A stretch of 46,932 nucleotides of DNA from assembly GCA_038255675.1 (NCBI GenBank), contig JBBSLB010000001.1, positions 1-46,932 on the forward strand, in the 5' to 3' direction. The notes beneath the pieces are model-generated. The model made no database searches. It was given only the letters and a program-made list of their open reading frames with translations, and had not been told where the DNA came from. The DNA is from Mycobacteriales bacterium (GTDB taxonomy: Bacteria; Actinomycetota; Actinomycetes; Mycobacteriales; SCTD01). This document shows positions 34,757 to 42,978 of this stretch, one piece after another; position 1 is the stretch's first letter, and the number at the start of each line of letters is the position of its first letter. A program made the position numbers and the translations under genes.

Positions 34757-37700
34757 TCACCTGCCTGCGCTCCCCTGGCTGGCGTGCCAGAGCTTGCGCG
34801 GGGCGCTCGGCACGGGCCGCCCGCCCGAGGTCCCGACCCCGTCGCCGGCGGGCTTGACGTCGGCGTAGGGCGAGGCCCGGAAGCCGGTCGCGTAGACGTG
34901 CACCGCCCCACCCACGCCGGAATGGCCTGCCCCGCCGCCCACCAGCGGCGGCGAGGTCATGACCGGCCGGCTGGACCGGCTGGCCGCCGCGCCCTGGACC
35001 GCGGCCTCGGTGACCAGCGCCGGGGTGGCCATGAGCTCCCACACCGCGTCGAGGCCGCCGGACTGCCAGGCGGCGTGCAGAGCCGGCAGCTCCCAGCAGC
35101 CGACCGCCTGCATCGACACCCCGCGCGGGCCGGTGCGGCGGACCAGCCCCTGGACGACGAGCAGCCAGGAGTGGAAGACCGTCGTCGCGAACCCGACCTG
35201 GGCGTCCTCGAAGAAGGTCGCGTCGAGCGGGCCGGTCGCGTCGTCGAGCGTCACGAAGATGACCCGTCGGCCGGACCGGATCGGCGGGGTCTGGGTGGCG
35301 ACCTTCACCCCGGCGACGAGCACCTCCTGCCGACTGCGGCAGCCGAGCAGGTCGCGCGCCCGCGTCGTGCCCAGCTCGTCGAGGAACGGCGCGTAGGCGT
35401 CCATGACGTGGGAGCTGACGTCGAGGCCGAGCACGTCGAGCTCGGCCCGCACCCGCTCGGCGGAGGTCATCTCGGGTAGCCCGCTGGAGGCGGTGGTCTC
35501 CGGCGCGTCACCGAGGTCGAGCGCGAGCTGCACGTCGACCGGCTCCACGACGGCCGGCGCCTGCGACTGGCGGGCCTGCCGGGCGCGGACGTCGTCGAGC
35601 GCGACAGGACCTCCCGTGCCAGCTGCGTCCTCAGGGCGGGTGCCGGCAAGGCCCAAGGGGGCGCGCGGGGTGCTGGCGCGGGCTCCGGCCCGCGAGCGAC
35701 CGCGAACGCCACCGGCGCGGGTCCGGGTGGCACGGGTCCAGCGGTCGAGCTCGGCGACCTGAAGCAGCAGGTCGCGCCGGGTGACCTGCCCGCGCCGGCG
35801 GACCGGCAGGGTGGAGCCCAGTCCGTAGAGGGAGTCGAACCCGCCGGCCACCACGAGCCGCTCGGCCACCGGTCGGGACACCGCGGCGCGGTGCCAGAAG
35901 TCCGACAGCGAGGAGTACGGCCGGCCGGTGACGACGCGGGCGACCTCGGCCTCGGACATGCCCTTGACGTCGGCCAGCCCGATCCGGATGCCGTAGCCGC
36001 GACCATCGGGCAGCCGCGGGTCCGACGGTGCGCTGCGCGGCCCGCTCACCCCGCCGAGCACGCCCCGCCCGTCGACCCAGGGCTCGAGCGCGCCGTCGAA
36101 CGGCTGCGGCGCCGGCCCGCCCACCTGCTCGAGGCTGGTGACCTGGTCCAAGATGGCCGGCGGCGGCTCGTCGAACACGCCGACCCGCTCCACGCGGTAT
36201 GCCGCGTCGGAGGCGTTGACGTCGAGCCCGAGCACGGCGATGCCGAGCTGGCGGGCGTCGTCGAGGATGAGCCGCTTGGGGTACATGCCGGGGTCGTGCG
36301 TGAGCACCCCGGCGAGGAACGCCGCCGGGTGGTGGGCCTTGAGCCAGGCCGACTGGTAGGTCGGCAGCGCAAAGGCGGCCGCGTGGGCCTTGCAGAAGCC
36401 GAACGAGCCGAACGCCTTGAGCACCTCCCACACCCGCTCGACGACCCCGAGCGGGTAGCCGGCGGCCAATGCGGTCGGCACGAACCAGGACTGCACCTCG
36501 GGCCGACCCTCGGGGTCGCCGAGCGACCGGCGCACCTCGTCGGCCTCGGCCAGCGAGCAGCCGGTCATCGTGCTGACGATCTGCAGGACCTGCTCGTGGA
36601 AGACGACGACGCCGTGGGTCTGGGCGAGCACCGGCTCGAGGTCGGGGTGCAGGTAGTCGGCCGTCTTCCAGCCCTGCCGCGCCTCGAGGAACGGCCGCAC
36701 CATGTCGCTCTTCACGGGCCCCGGCCGGAACAGCGAGATGTCGACGATGAGGTCCTCGAAGGTCTCCGGCGCGAACTTGCCGACCAGCTCGCGCTGTCCC
36801 GGCGACTCGATCTGGAAGCAGCCGAGCGTCCTGGTCGACTGCACCAGCGCGAAGGTCGCCGGGTCATCGCGCGGCGCGGCGTCGACGTCCACGAGCGCGC
36901 CGTCGACCCGGGCCACCTCGCCGATGGCGTGCTGCATCGCCGACTGCATGCGGATGCCGAGCACGTCGAGCTTGAGCAGCCCGAGCTCCTCGACGTCGTC
37001 CTTGTCGAACTGGCTCATCGGGAAGCCCAGCCAGCTGGACTCCACCGGGGTGCGGTCCAGCAGGGTGCGGTCGGACAGCAGCACCCCGCACGGGTGCAGC
37101 GCGACGTGCCGCGGCAGCCCGTCGAGTCGCTCCACCAGGCGCAGCAGCAGGTCGATCCGCCCTGCGTTCTCCCCGCGCGCCAGGCCGCTGTTCCGCAGCT
37201 CGGGCAGGTCGCGCATCGCTGCGCGCACCTGGCTGGCCCGGATGTGCGGGAACGCCTTGGCCAACGCGTCGACCTCACCCGGCGGCAGCCCGAGCGCGGC
37301 GCCGACGTCGCGCACGCCGTGCCGGGCGCGGTAGGTGTCCATCATCGACACGCAGGTGCATCGCTCCCCGCCGTAGCGGGCCAGGATCCGCTCGTAGACC
37401 TCGGTGCGGCGGGCGGACTCCACGTCGACGTCGATGTCGGGCAGCTGGTGGCGCAGCGGCGACAGGAAGCGCTCCATGAGCAGGCCGTAGCGGACCGGGT
37501 CGACGTCGCTGATGCCGAGCAGGTAGGTCACCAGCGAACCGGCGCCGCTCCCCCGCGCCGCGACCCGCACGCCCATGTCCTTGATGAGGTCGACGACGTC
37601 GGCGACGGTGAGGAAGTACGACGGGTAGCCCAGCCCGCGGATGACGCCGAGCTCGTCCTCGAGCCGGGCGAGGGTGCCGGCGTCGCGGGCCATCGCCCGC

Positions 37701-38737
37701 CGGCCGAAGCCAGCCTCGCAGCGGGCGCGCAGCACCGCCGCCGGCTCGCCGCCCCCCGCTGTCCCTGATGTCTCCAGCTCGGGGAAGTGCACCTCGCCGA
37801 TGCCGAGGTCGGCCCGCGGGTCGACGGCGCACCGGTCGGCTTCGTAGCGGGTGCGGGCGAGCAGGCCACGGCCGTCGTCGGCCAGCCCCGCGGCGCGGGC
37901 GACCTGCTCGGCGACCAGGGCCATCTCCTTGCCGGACAGCAGCGCGGCCTCGGCGTTGCGGCGGTCGATGTGGCGCAGGTCGAGCGCGACCAGCCGGCGG
38001 GCGGCGTCGAGCACGTCGGCGGTCGGGGCGTCGGAGCGGTCGGCGTAGCGCACGACGTTGGTGAGCACGGCCGGCGCCCGCTCCGCCGAGGCCAGGCCGA
38101 GCATCCGGGCGGCCCGAACGACGTCGCCGGGCCCACGGTGGCAGACCACCTCGACGACGACCGAGCCGGCGCCGAGCACCTCGCGCCAGCGGGTCAGGTG
38201 GTCGCGGGCGACGTCGTCGCGGCGCGCGGCGACCGCGCGGCCCAGCTCCGAGCCGGGGCCGAGCAGCACCGCCAGCGCGCCGTCCTGGGCCGCGCCCCCG
38301 GCGTGCTCGGCGACCAGGTCGAGGGTGGTGACCGGCGCGCCGCGCTCGCCGGCCAGGTGGGTGGCCGACACCAGCCGGCACAGCGCCGCCCAGCCGCGCC
38401 GGTCGCGGGCGAGCAGCACGACCCGCGGCAGCGGCGCGCCGGGCTGCTCGAGGAAGGCGCCGCCGCGGGCCGGCGAGGCGCGGCCGGACCGGGCCCGCTC
38501 CCCGGGGGCGGCCAGCGGTGCGACGGCCAGGTCGACGCCGAAGACCGGCCGCACCCCGGCCGCGCCGCAGGCCTTGGCAAACTTGACCACGCCGTAGGCG
38601 CCGTCGCGGTCGGTGAGGGCGAGGGCGTCCATGCCGTGGTCGGCGGCCCGCTGGACGAGGGCGGCCGGGTGGGACGCGCCGTGCCGCAGCGAGTAGCCGG
38701 AGGCGACGTGCAGGTGGACAAAGGGGTCGCTGGACAC
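34757..38737 (-). CDS. dnaE2: DnaE2/ImuC-type DNA polymerase III alpha-subunit homologue (about 1326 aa)
   Basis: ORF 34757..38920 trimmed to the GTG at 38737, 5 nt after the upstream stop. PHP N-terminus FVHLHVASGYSLRHGASHPAALVQRAADHGMDALALTDRDGAYG (DnaE2-like). Catalytic LPDIDVDVE and LKLDVLGIRMQSAM. MTSAERVRAELDVLGLDVSSH, then an OB-fold (VLVAGVKVATQTPPIRSGRRVIFVTLDDATG) and a short post-OB region. Confidence 0.8.
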   Translation of the reverse strand: MSSDPFVHLHVASGYSLRHGASHPAALVQRAADHGMDALALTDRDGAYGVVKFAKACGAAGVRPVFGVDLAVAPLAAPGERARSGRASPARGGAFLEQPGAPLPRVVLLARDRRGWAALCRLVSATHLAGERGAPVTTLDLVAEHAGGAAQDGALAVLLGPGSELGRAVAARRDDVARDHLTRWREVLGAGSVVVEVVCHRGPGDVVRAARMLGLASAERAPAVLTNVVRYADRSDAPTADVLDAARRLVALDLRHIDRRNAEAALLSGKEMALVAEQVARAAGLADDGRGLLARTRYEADRCAVDPRADLGIGEVHFPELETSGTAGGGEPAAVLRARCEAGFGRRAMARDAGTLARLEDELGVIRGLGYPSYFLTVADVVDLIKDMGVRVAARGSGAGSLVTYLLGISDVDPVRYGLLMERFLSPLRHQLPDIDVDVESARRTEVYERILARYGGERCTCVSMMDTYRARHGVRDVGAALGLPPGEVDALAKAFPHIRASQVRAAMRDLPELRNSGLARGENAGRIDLLLRLVERLDGLPRHVALHPCGVLLSDRTLLDRTPVESSWLGFPMSQFDKDDVEELGLLKLDVLGIRMQSAMQHAIGEVARVDGALVDVDAAPRDDPATFALVQSTRTLGCFQIESPGQRELVGKFAPETFEDLIVDISLFRPGPVKSDMVRPFLEARQGWKTADYLHPDLEPVLAQTHGVVVFHEQVLQIVSTMTGCSLAEADEVRRSLGDPEGRPEVQSWFVPTALAAGYPLGVVERVWEVLKAFGSFGFCKAHAAAFALPTYQSAWLKAHHPAAFLAGVLTHDPGMYPKRLILDDARQLGIAVLGLDVNASDAAYRVERVGVFDEPPPAILDQVTSLEQVGGPAPQPFDGALEPWVDGRGVLGGVSGPRSAPSDPRLPDGRGYGIRIGLADVKGMSEAEVARVVTGRPYSSLSDFWHRAAVSRPVAERLVVAGGFDSLYGLGSTLPVRRRGQVTRRDLLLQVAELDRWTRATRTRAGGVRGRSRAGARASTPRAPLGLAGTRPEDAAGTGGPVALDDVRARQARQSQAPAVVEPVDVQLALDLGDAPETTASSGLPEMTSAERVRAELDVLGLDVSSHVMDAYAPFLDELGTTRARDLLGCRSRQEVLVAGVKVATQTPPIRSGRRVIFVTLDDATGPLDATFFEDAQVGFATTVFHSWLLVVQGLVRRTGPRGVSMQAVGCWELPALHAAWQSGGLDAVWELMATPALVTEAAVQGAAASRSSRPVMTSPPLVGGGAGHSGVGGAVHVYATGFRASPYADVKPAGDGVGTSGGRPVPSAPRKLWHASQGSAGR

Positions 38738-38742
38738 GGCAG

Positions 38743-39162
38743 TCAGCCGGACCGGAGCAGCAGCTGGTGTCCGGGGACGCCGAGCATCGGCTCGACGACG
38801 TCGAGGAAGGACTCGGCGTCGCGCACCAGGTCGTCGGCCTCGCGGTCGGTGACCGCCGACGGCAGCCCGGCCTCGGCGGCCGCCCGCTTGCGCGCACCGG
38901 CGGCGAAGAAGGCCGCCCACTCCCCCAGCTCAGGGGCGACGTCGGCGAGCAGCACCCAGGCGCTGGTCGGCCGGCTGCGGCGCCCGCCGGCCGGCCGGGC
39001 ACGGCAGGCCAGCACGGCGGCCGCGGCGCGCAGCGCGGCCAGGTGGGCGGTGGCGTAGCGCTCGGCCGGGGTCGTGGCGGTGCACGCCTCGACCAGGCCG
39101 CGGCGGGACAGGGCCAGCAAGGTGGAAGCCGGCAGACCAGGAGCAGGAGCGACAGCGGTCAT
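38743..39162 (-). CDS. HEPN-like protein (resembles the SAV_6107 family) with an Rx4H motif
   Basis: 139 aa, all-helical-looking. ERYATAHLAALRAAAAVL carries R-x4-H. ATG preceded by GAGGG. Sits 12 nt after the upstream gene and 5 nt before the polymerase start. The family call is from memory of its sequence pattern. Confidence 0.6.
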   Translation of the reverse strand: MTAVAPAPGLPASTLLALSRRGLVEACTATTPAERYATAHLAALRAAAAVLACRARPAGGRRSRPTSAWVLLADVAPELGEWAAFFAAGARKRAAAEAGLPSAVTDREADDLVRDAESFLDVVEPMLGVPGHQLLLRSG

Positions 39163-39174
39163 CGGGCAGCCCTC

Positions 39175-39525
39175 TCAGTCCAGGACCCGGGCAAGCGACC
39201 AGCCGCCCGTGGTCGTGTCGAAGCACAGGTCGTAGACGCCGATGCCGGCGGCGCGCCCAGCGCCGGCCTCGACCCGGAACCAGTCCTGCTCGCCGTCGTC
39301 GATCGAGGCGGACCCGACACCGGCGCCCACGTCGGCGCCCACGTCGGGGGCCGTGGCGTCACCGGAGGACAGCGCCTGGACGGTGGCCCTGCGCCACCAA
39401 CCCCCGGACTCGGTCCAGCGGGCCAGGACCTCCCGCACGACGTAGAGCCGGCCGCGCCACAGGAACTGCGCGGGCAGGTCGTCGTGCCGGGCCACCTGGA
39501 CGGCGTCGGCGAGCAGACGGGACAA
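39175..39525 (-). CDS. DUF6504-like small protein
   Basis: 116 aa. TTG start 4 nt after GGAGGAGGA. FLWRGRLYVVREVLARWTESGGWWR ... WFRVEAGAGRAAGIGVYDLCFDTTTGGWSLARVLD matches my recollection of DUF6504 proteins. Confidence 0.6.
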   Translation of the reverse strand: MSRLLADAVQVARHDDLPAQFLWRGRLYVVREVLARWTESGGWWRRATVQALSSGDATAPDVGADVGAGVGSASIDDGEQDWFRVEAGAGRAAGIGVYDLCFDTTTGGWSLARVLD

Positions 39526-39739
39526 AGGGTCCTCCTCCCTGGGACGGGCGGGCAGCGGGTGCTGCTCCGCGGGTGCCGGGGGAAGGCGGCGGGTCGGGCG
39601 GGTCGACCCGGGCGAGGCGCTTCCCCACGCTCCGCCCGGGTCGACGGCCCGCCCGGCAGCCGTGGAAGGGTCGAGTCTCCCGAGCCGCCGGGCGGAGTCC
39701 GCCCGCGGCGGGTCCGCGAGGTCCCGCCGTCATGATCGC

Positions 39740-39755
39740 TCGAACGCGTGTTCGA
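39740..39755. promoter_or_regulatory. LexA (SOS) box, actinobacterial type
   Basis: Perfect palindrome TCGAAC-GCGT-GTTCGA (consensus TCGAAC-N4-GTTCGA), 215 nt upstream of the DUF6504 TTG. On the operon strand a TANNNT-type hexamer TACTGT (39765..39770) lies just upstream of the box. Confidence 0.75.
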
Positions 39756-39883
39756 ACGACAGGAACAGTAGACCCCGACTCCGACAAGACCGTCAACCGT
39801 CGACCTGGGATCGAGGGACGAGGGGATGTTCCTGCTCCAGGCGCACCGGTACGGCACGCTGGCGCCATGACACCGGGCCCGCT

Positions 39884-40432
39884 CGGTCGTCGACCCCGCC
39901 CACCGCGCCAACCCCGACCCGCCGTACAGGACGAGGGCAACGGCTCGACGAGACCGAGCTGCGGTCGGTGGCCGGGCTGGTCCTCGCCGCGGGCTTCGAG
40001 ACCACCGTCAACCTGCTCGGCAGCGGCACCGTCCTGCTGCTCGAGCACCCCGAGCAGCGCGAGCGGCTGCGCGCGGACCCGTCGCTGTGGCCGACCGCGG
40101 TCGACGAGGTGCTGCGCTACGAGTCGCCGGTGCAGCTGACTGCCCGCTTCGCCACCCGCGACACCGAGCTCGCCGGCCGGCCGCTGCGCCGCGGCGGCCT
40201 GGTCGTGACGATGCTCGGCGGGGCCAACCGCGACCCGTCGGTCTTCGCTGACCCGGCCCGCTTCGACGTCGGCCGCGCCAGCGCCCGCGACCACCTGTCC
40301 TTCTCCGCCGGCCGGCACTTCTGCCTGGGCGCCTCGCTGGCCCGGCTCGAGGGCGAGGTCGGGCTGCGTGCGTTGCTGGAGCGCTTCCCGGATCTCGCCG
40401 CCGGCCCCGGCCGGCGCCGTACGACCATCGCC
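39884..40432 (+). pseudogene. cytochrome P450 remnant (C-terminal half only, frameshifted; boundaries approximate)
   Basis: From about 39941 one frame gives the I-helix LVLAAGFETT, the ExxR region EVLRYESP and the heme loop FSAGRHFCLGASLA. Upstream, P450-like pieces (HRANPD, VQDEGNG) sit in two other frames. No N-terminal half is present. There is no in-frame stop before the reading frame runs into the convergent cbiX gene. Confidence 0.65.
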
Positions 40433-41266
40433 TCAGCCCGGCAGGTCGTCCGGGTGGTCGTGCGGCTCCTGCGCGGCGCCGACAGCGGCCTCGCGTCCGG
40501 GCAGCGGGGTGCGGTAGAGGCAGGCGTCGCAGTTCATCCGGATGTCGGTCGTACGCGCCTCGTCGTAGCGCTCGAGCAGCAGCCCGGCCAGCGCGTCGGT
40601 CGCGCCGAGCGGTGCGGTGATGACGGCCTCGACGCCCTCGACCGCCCCGGCCTGGCGCGCGACCAGCCGCGGGAGGAAGCCGGGGCCGAGGAAGTAGCGG
40701 GCGACCGCCACGCGGGTCGCGCCCTGCGCGCGCAACCGCGCCAGCGCCTCGGGCACGGTCGGCCGGGCGGTCGAGGCGAAGGCGACGTCGACCGACGGCC
40801 AGCCGCGCCCCTCGAACAGCAGCCGGGCGGTGGCGGCGACCTGGGCGTTGGCGTCGGGGTCGAGCGCTCCCCCGGCCACGAGCAGCACGGGGTCGGCGTC
40901 GCGCGCGCCCGCCTCGGCCAGCCGCAGCGCGAGTCCGGCGACGAGCACCGGGTGCGGGCCGAGCGGCCGGCCGTAGCGCAGCCGCAGCCCGGGATGCGCA
41001 GCGCGGCCGGCCTGCACCGACGCGGCGACATCGGTCTTGCTGTGCGAGGCGGGGGTGAGCAGCAGCGGCAGCAGCACGACGTCGTCGATGCCGTCGGCCA
41101 CCAGCGCCGCCAGCGCAGCGCGGACCGACGGCGAGGCGTTGTCGACGTAGGCGTCGGTGGTGCGCAGCCCCGGACGCAGCCGCTCGGCACGGGCCAGCAG
41201 CTCGCGCACCCCGGCCTGCGAGTCGGGGTCCTTGGAGCCGTGCGCAACGGCGAGCAGCACGCTCAC
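40433..41266 (-). CDS. sirohydrochlorin ferrochelatase (long CbiX/SirB type with a Cys-rich tail)
   Basis: ORF 40433..41677 trimmed to the GTG at 41266 (GTGA overlap with the upstream stop). Two CbiX repeats (LLAVAHGSKDP ... LLPLLLTPASHSKTD; LLVAGGALDPDAN ... VARYFLGPG). C-terminal MNCDACLY. Confidence 0.82.
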   Translation of the reverse strand: MSVLLAVAHGSKDPDSQAGVRELLARAERLRPGLRTTDAYVDNASPSVRAALAALVADGIDDVVLLPLLLTPASHSKTDVAASVQAGRAAHPGLRLRYGRPLGPHPVLVAGLALRLAEAGARDADPVLLVAGGALDPDANAQVAATARLLFEGRGWPSVDVAFASTARPTVPEALARLRAQGATRVAVARYFLGPGFLPRLVARQAGAVEGVEAVITAPLGATDALAGLLLERYDEARTTDIRMNCDACLYRTPLPGREAAVGAAQEPHDHPDDLPG

Positions 41267-42426
41267 GGGCGCATCTCCGCCACGACCTCGCCGACGACGA
41301 CGACCGCCGGGTTGGTGACGCCGACCGTGTCGGCGCGGGCCCCGGCGAGCGTGGTCACCACGGTGCGCTGCGTCGGCAGGCTGGCGTCCTGCACCACCGC
41401 GAGCGGGGTGTCGCCGCTGCGCCCGCCGGCGAGCAGCGCGTCGCAGACCGCGGGCAGCCGGCCGACCGCCATGAGCAGCACGAGCGTGCCGCCGAGCCGG
41501 GCGAGGGCGTCCCAGTCGATGGTCGAGGCCGGGTCGCCAGGTGGGACGTGCGCGCTGACGACCGACACCGACTGCGTCACCCCGCGGGCGGTCACCGGGA
41601 TGCCGGCGCTGGTCGGACCGGCCAGCGCGCTGGAGATCCCGGGCACGACCTCGACGGCCACGCCCGCGGCGGCGCACGCCGTCATCTCCTCGATGCCGCG
41701 GGCGAAGACGTGCACGTCACCGCCCTTGAGCCGCACGACGCGCTTGCCCTCGCGGGCCTTGGCCACGAGCAGCGCCTCGATGTCGCGCTGCGCCCACGAG
41801 TGGGCGCCGGGGGCCTTGCCCACCTCGACGAGCTCGACCCCGTCGGCGAGGGTGACCTGCGGCGCGAGGCGGTCGCGCACGACCACGTCCGCGCCGGCGA
41901 GCAGCCGGCGCGCGCGTACGGTCAGCAGCTCGGGGTCACCCGGTCCCCCGCCGACGATGGCCACCGAGCCGGTGCCGGGCCGGGACCGTCGCAGCGGCAG
42001 CTCGCCGGTGTCGAGAGCGAGCGCGAGCGCGTCGCGGAGCGCCACCGCCCGGCGCGGGTCGCGTCCGGCGGTCACCGACACGACGACGTCGTCGGCGCGC
42101 GCCACGGCCGGCACCCACGCCGCCGACCGCCCGGCGTCGTCCGCCCGCACGCACCACGTCTGCTGCGCCTCGCACACGGCCGCGACCTGGTCGTCCACGA
42201 CGCCGGTGGCGGTCACGACGAGCCACGCGCCCGCGACGTCGGCGGGCGCGAACGCGCGGCGCTGCACGGCGACGTCGGGGAAGCCGTCGGTCGTCTCGAG
42301 CGCGACGACCTCGACGGCCGCCCCGGCGTCCTGCAGCGCGCGCACCCGCCGCGCCGCGACCGGGCCGCCACCCACGACGAGCACCCGTCGACCCGTGAGG
42401 TCGAGGTGCAGCGGGAAGGGCATCAC
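41263..42426 (-). CDS. siroheme-synthase-like bifunctional protein (precorrin-2 dehydrogenase N-domain plus uroporphyrinogen-III C-methyltransferase)
   Basis: N-terminal Rossmann RRVLVVGGGPVAARRVRALQDAG. C-terminal SUMT signature VAIVGGGPGDPELLTVRARRLLAGADVVVRDRL ... VVRLKGGDVHVFARG. Confidence 0.85.
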   Translation of the reverse strand: MMPFPLHLDLTGRRVLVVGGGPVAARRVRALQDAGAAVEVVALETTDGFPDVAVQRRAFAPADVAGAWLVVTATGVVDDQVAAVCEAQQTWCVRADDAGRSAAWVPAVARADDVVVSVTAGRDPRRAVALRDALALALDTGELPLRRSRPGTGSVAIVGGGPGDPELLTVRARRLLAGADVVVRDRLAPQVTLADGVELVEVGKAPGAHSWAQRDIEALLVAKAREGKRVVRLKGGDVHVFARGIEEMTACAAAGVAVEVVPGISSALAGPTSAGIPVTARGVTQSVSVVSAHVPPGDPASTIDWDALARLGGTLVLLMAVGRLPAVCDALLAGGRSGDTPLAVVQDASLPTQRTVVTTLAGARADTVGVTNPAVVVVGEVVAEMRP

Positions 42427-42442
42427 GCGCCCAGTGTCGGGG

Positions 42443-42937
42443 TCAGCCCGTCACCTCGCGCAGCTCTCCGGACGTGACGTCGTACACGAACCCGCGCACC
42501 GCGTCCTTGTGCGGGACGAACGGGTCGGCCTGGATGCGGGCGATGCTCTGCCGCACGTCGGCGTCCAGGTCGGAGAAGGCCTCGGCCGACCACGACGGCT
42601 TGATGCCGGTCTCCTCGTGGATGCCCGCCTTGAACGCGTCGTCGGTGAAGGTGAGCATCCCGCAGTCGGTGTGGTGGATGAGCACGATCTCCTTCGTCCC
42701 GAGCAGCCGCTGGCTGATGGCCAGCGAGCGCAGCTCGCCGGCCGTGATGACCCCGCCGGCGTTGCGGATGACGTGGGCGTCACCCTCGGACAGCCCCAGC
42801 AGGCCGTACGGGTTCAGCCGCGCGTCCATGCAGGCGACGACGGCGATGTGCTTGGCAGGCGGCAGCGGGAGGTCGCCCTTGTCGAAAGAAGTGGCGTATC
42901 GGCGGGCGTTCTCGAGCAGGTCGTCGGTGATGCTCAT
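42443..42937 (-). CDS. beta-class carbonic anhydrase
   Basis: Taken from ORF 42443..44182, with the ATG at 42937 after GAGGAG. Zinc ligand contexts VVACMDAR and IHHTDCGM. 164 aa. Confidence 0.88.
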   Translation of the reverse strand: MSITDDLLENARRYATSFDKGDLPLPPAKHIAVVACMDARLNPYGLLGLSEGDAHVIRNAGGVITAGELRSLAISQRLLGTKEIVLIHHTDCGMLTFTDDAFKAGIHEETGIKPSWSAEAFSDLDADVRQSIARIQADPFVPHKDAVRGFVYDVTSGELREVTG

Positions 42938-42978
42938 GCGGTGCTCCTCGGGGTCGGGGATGGAGTCGTACGAGGGGG

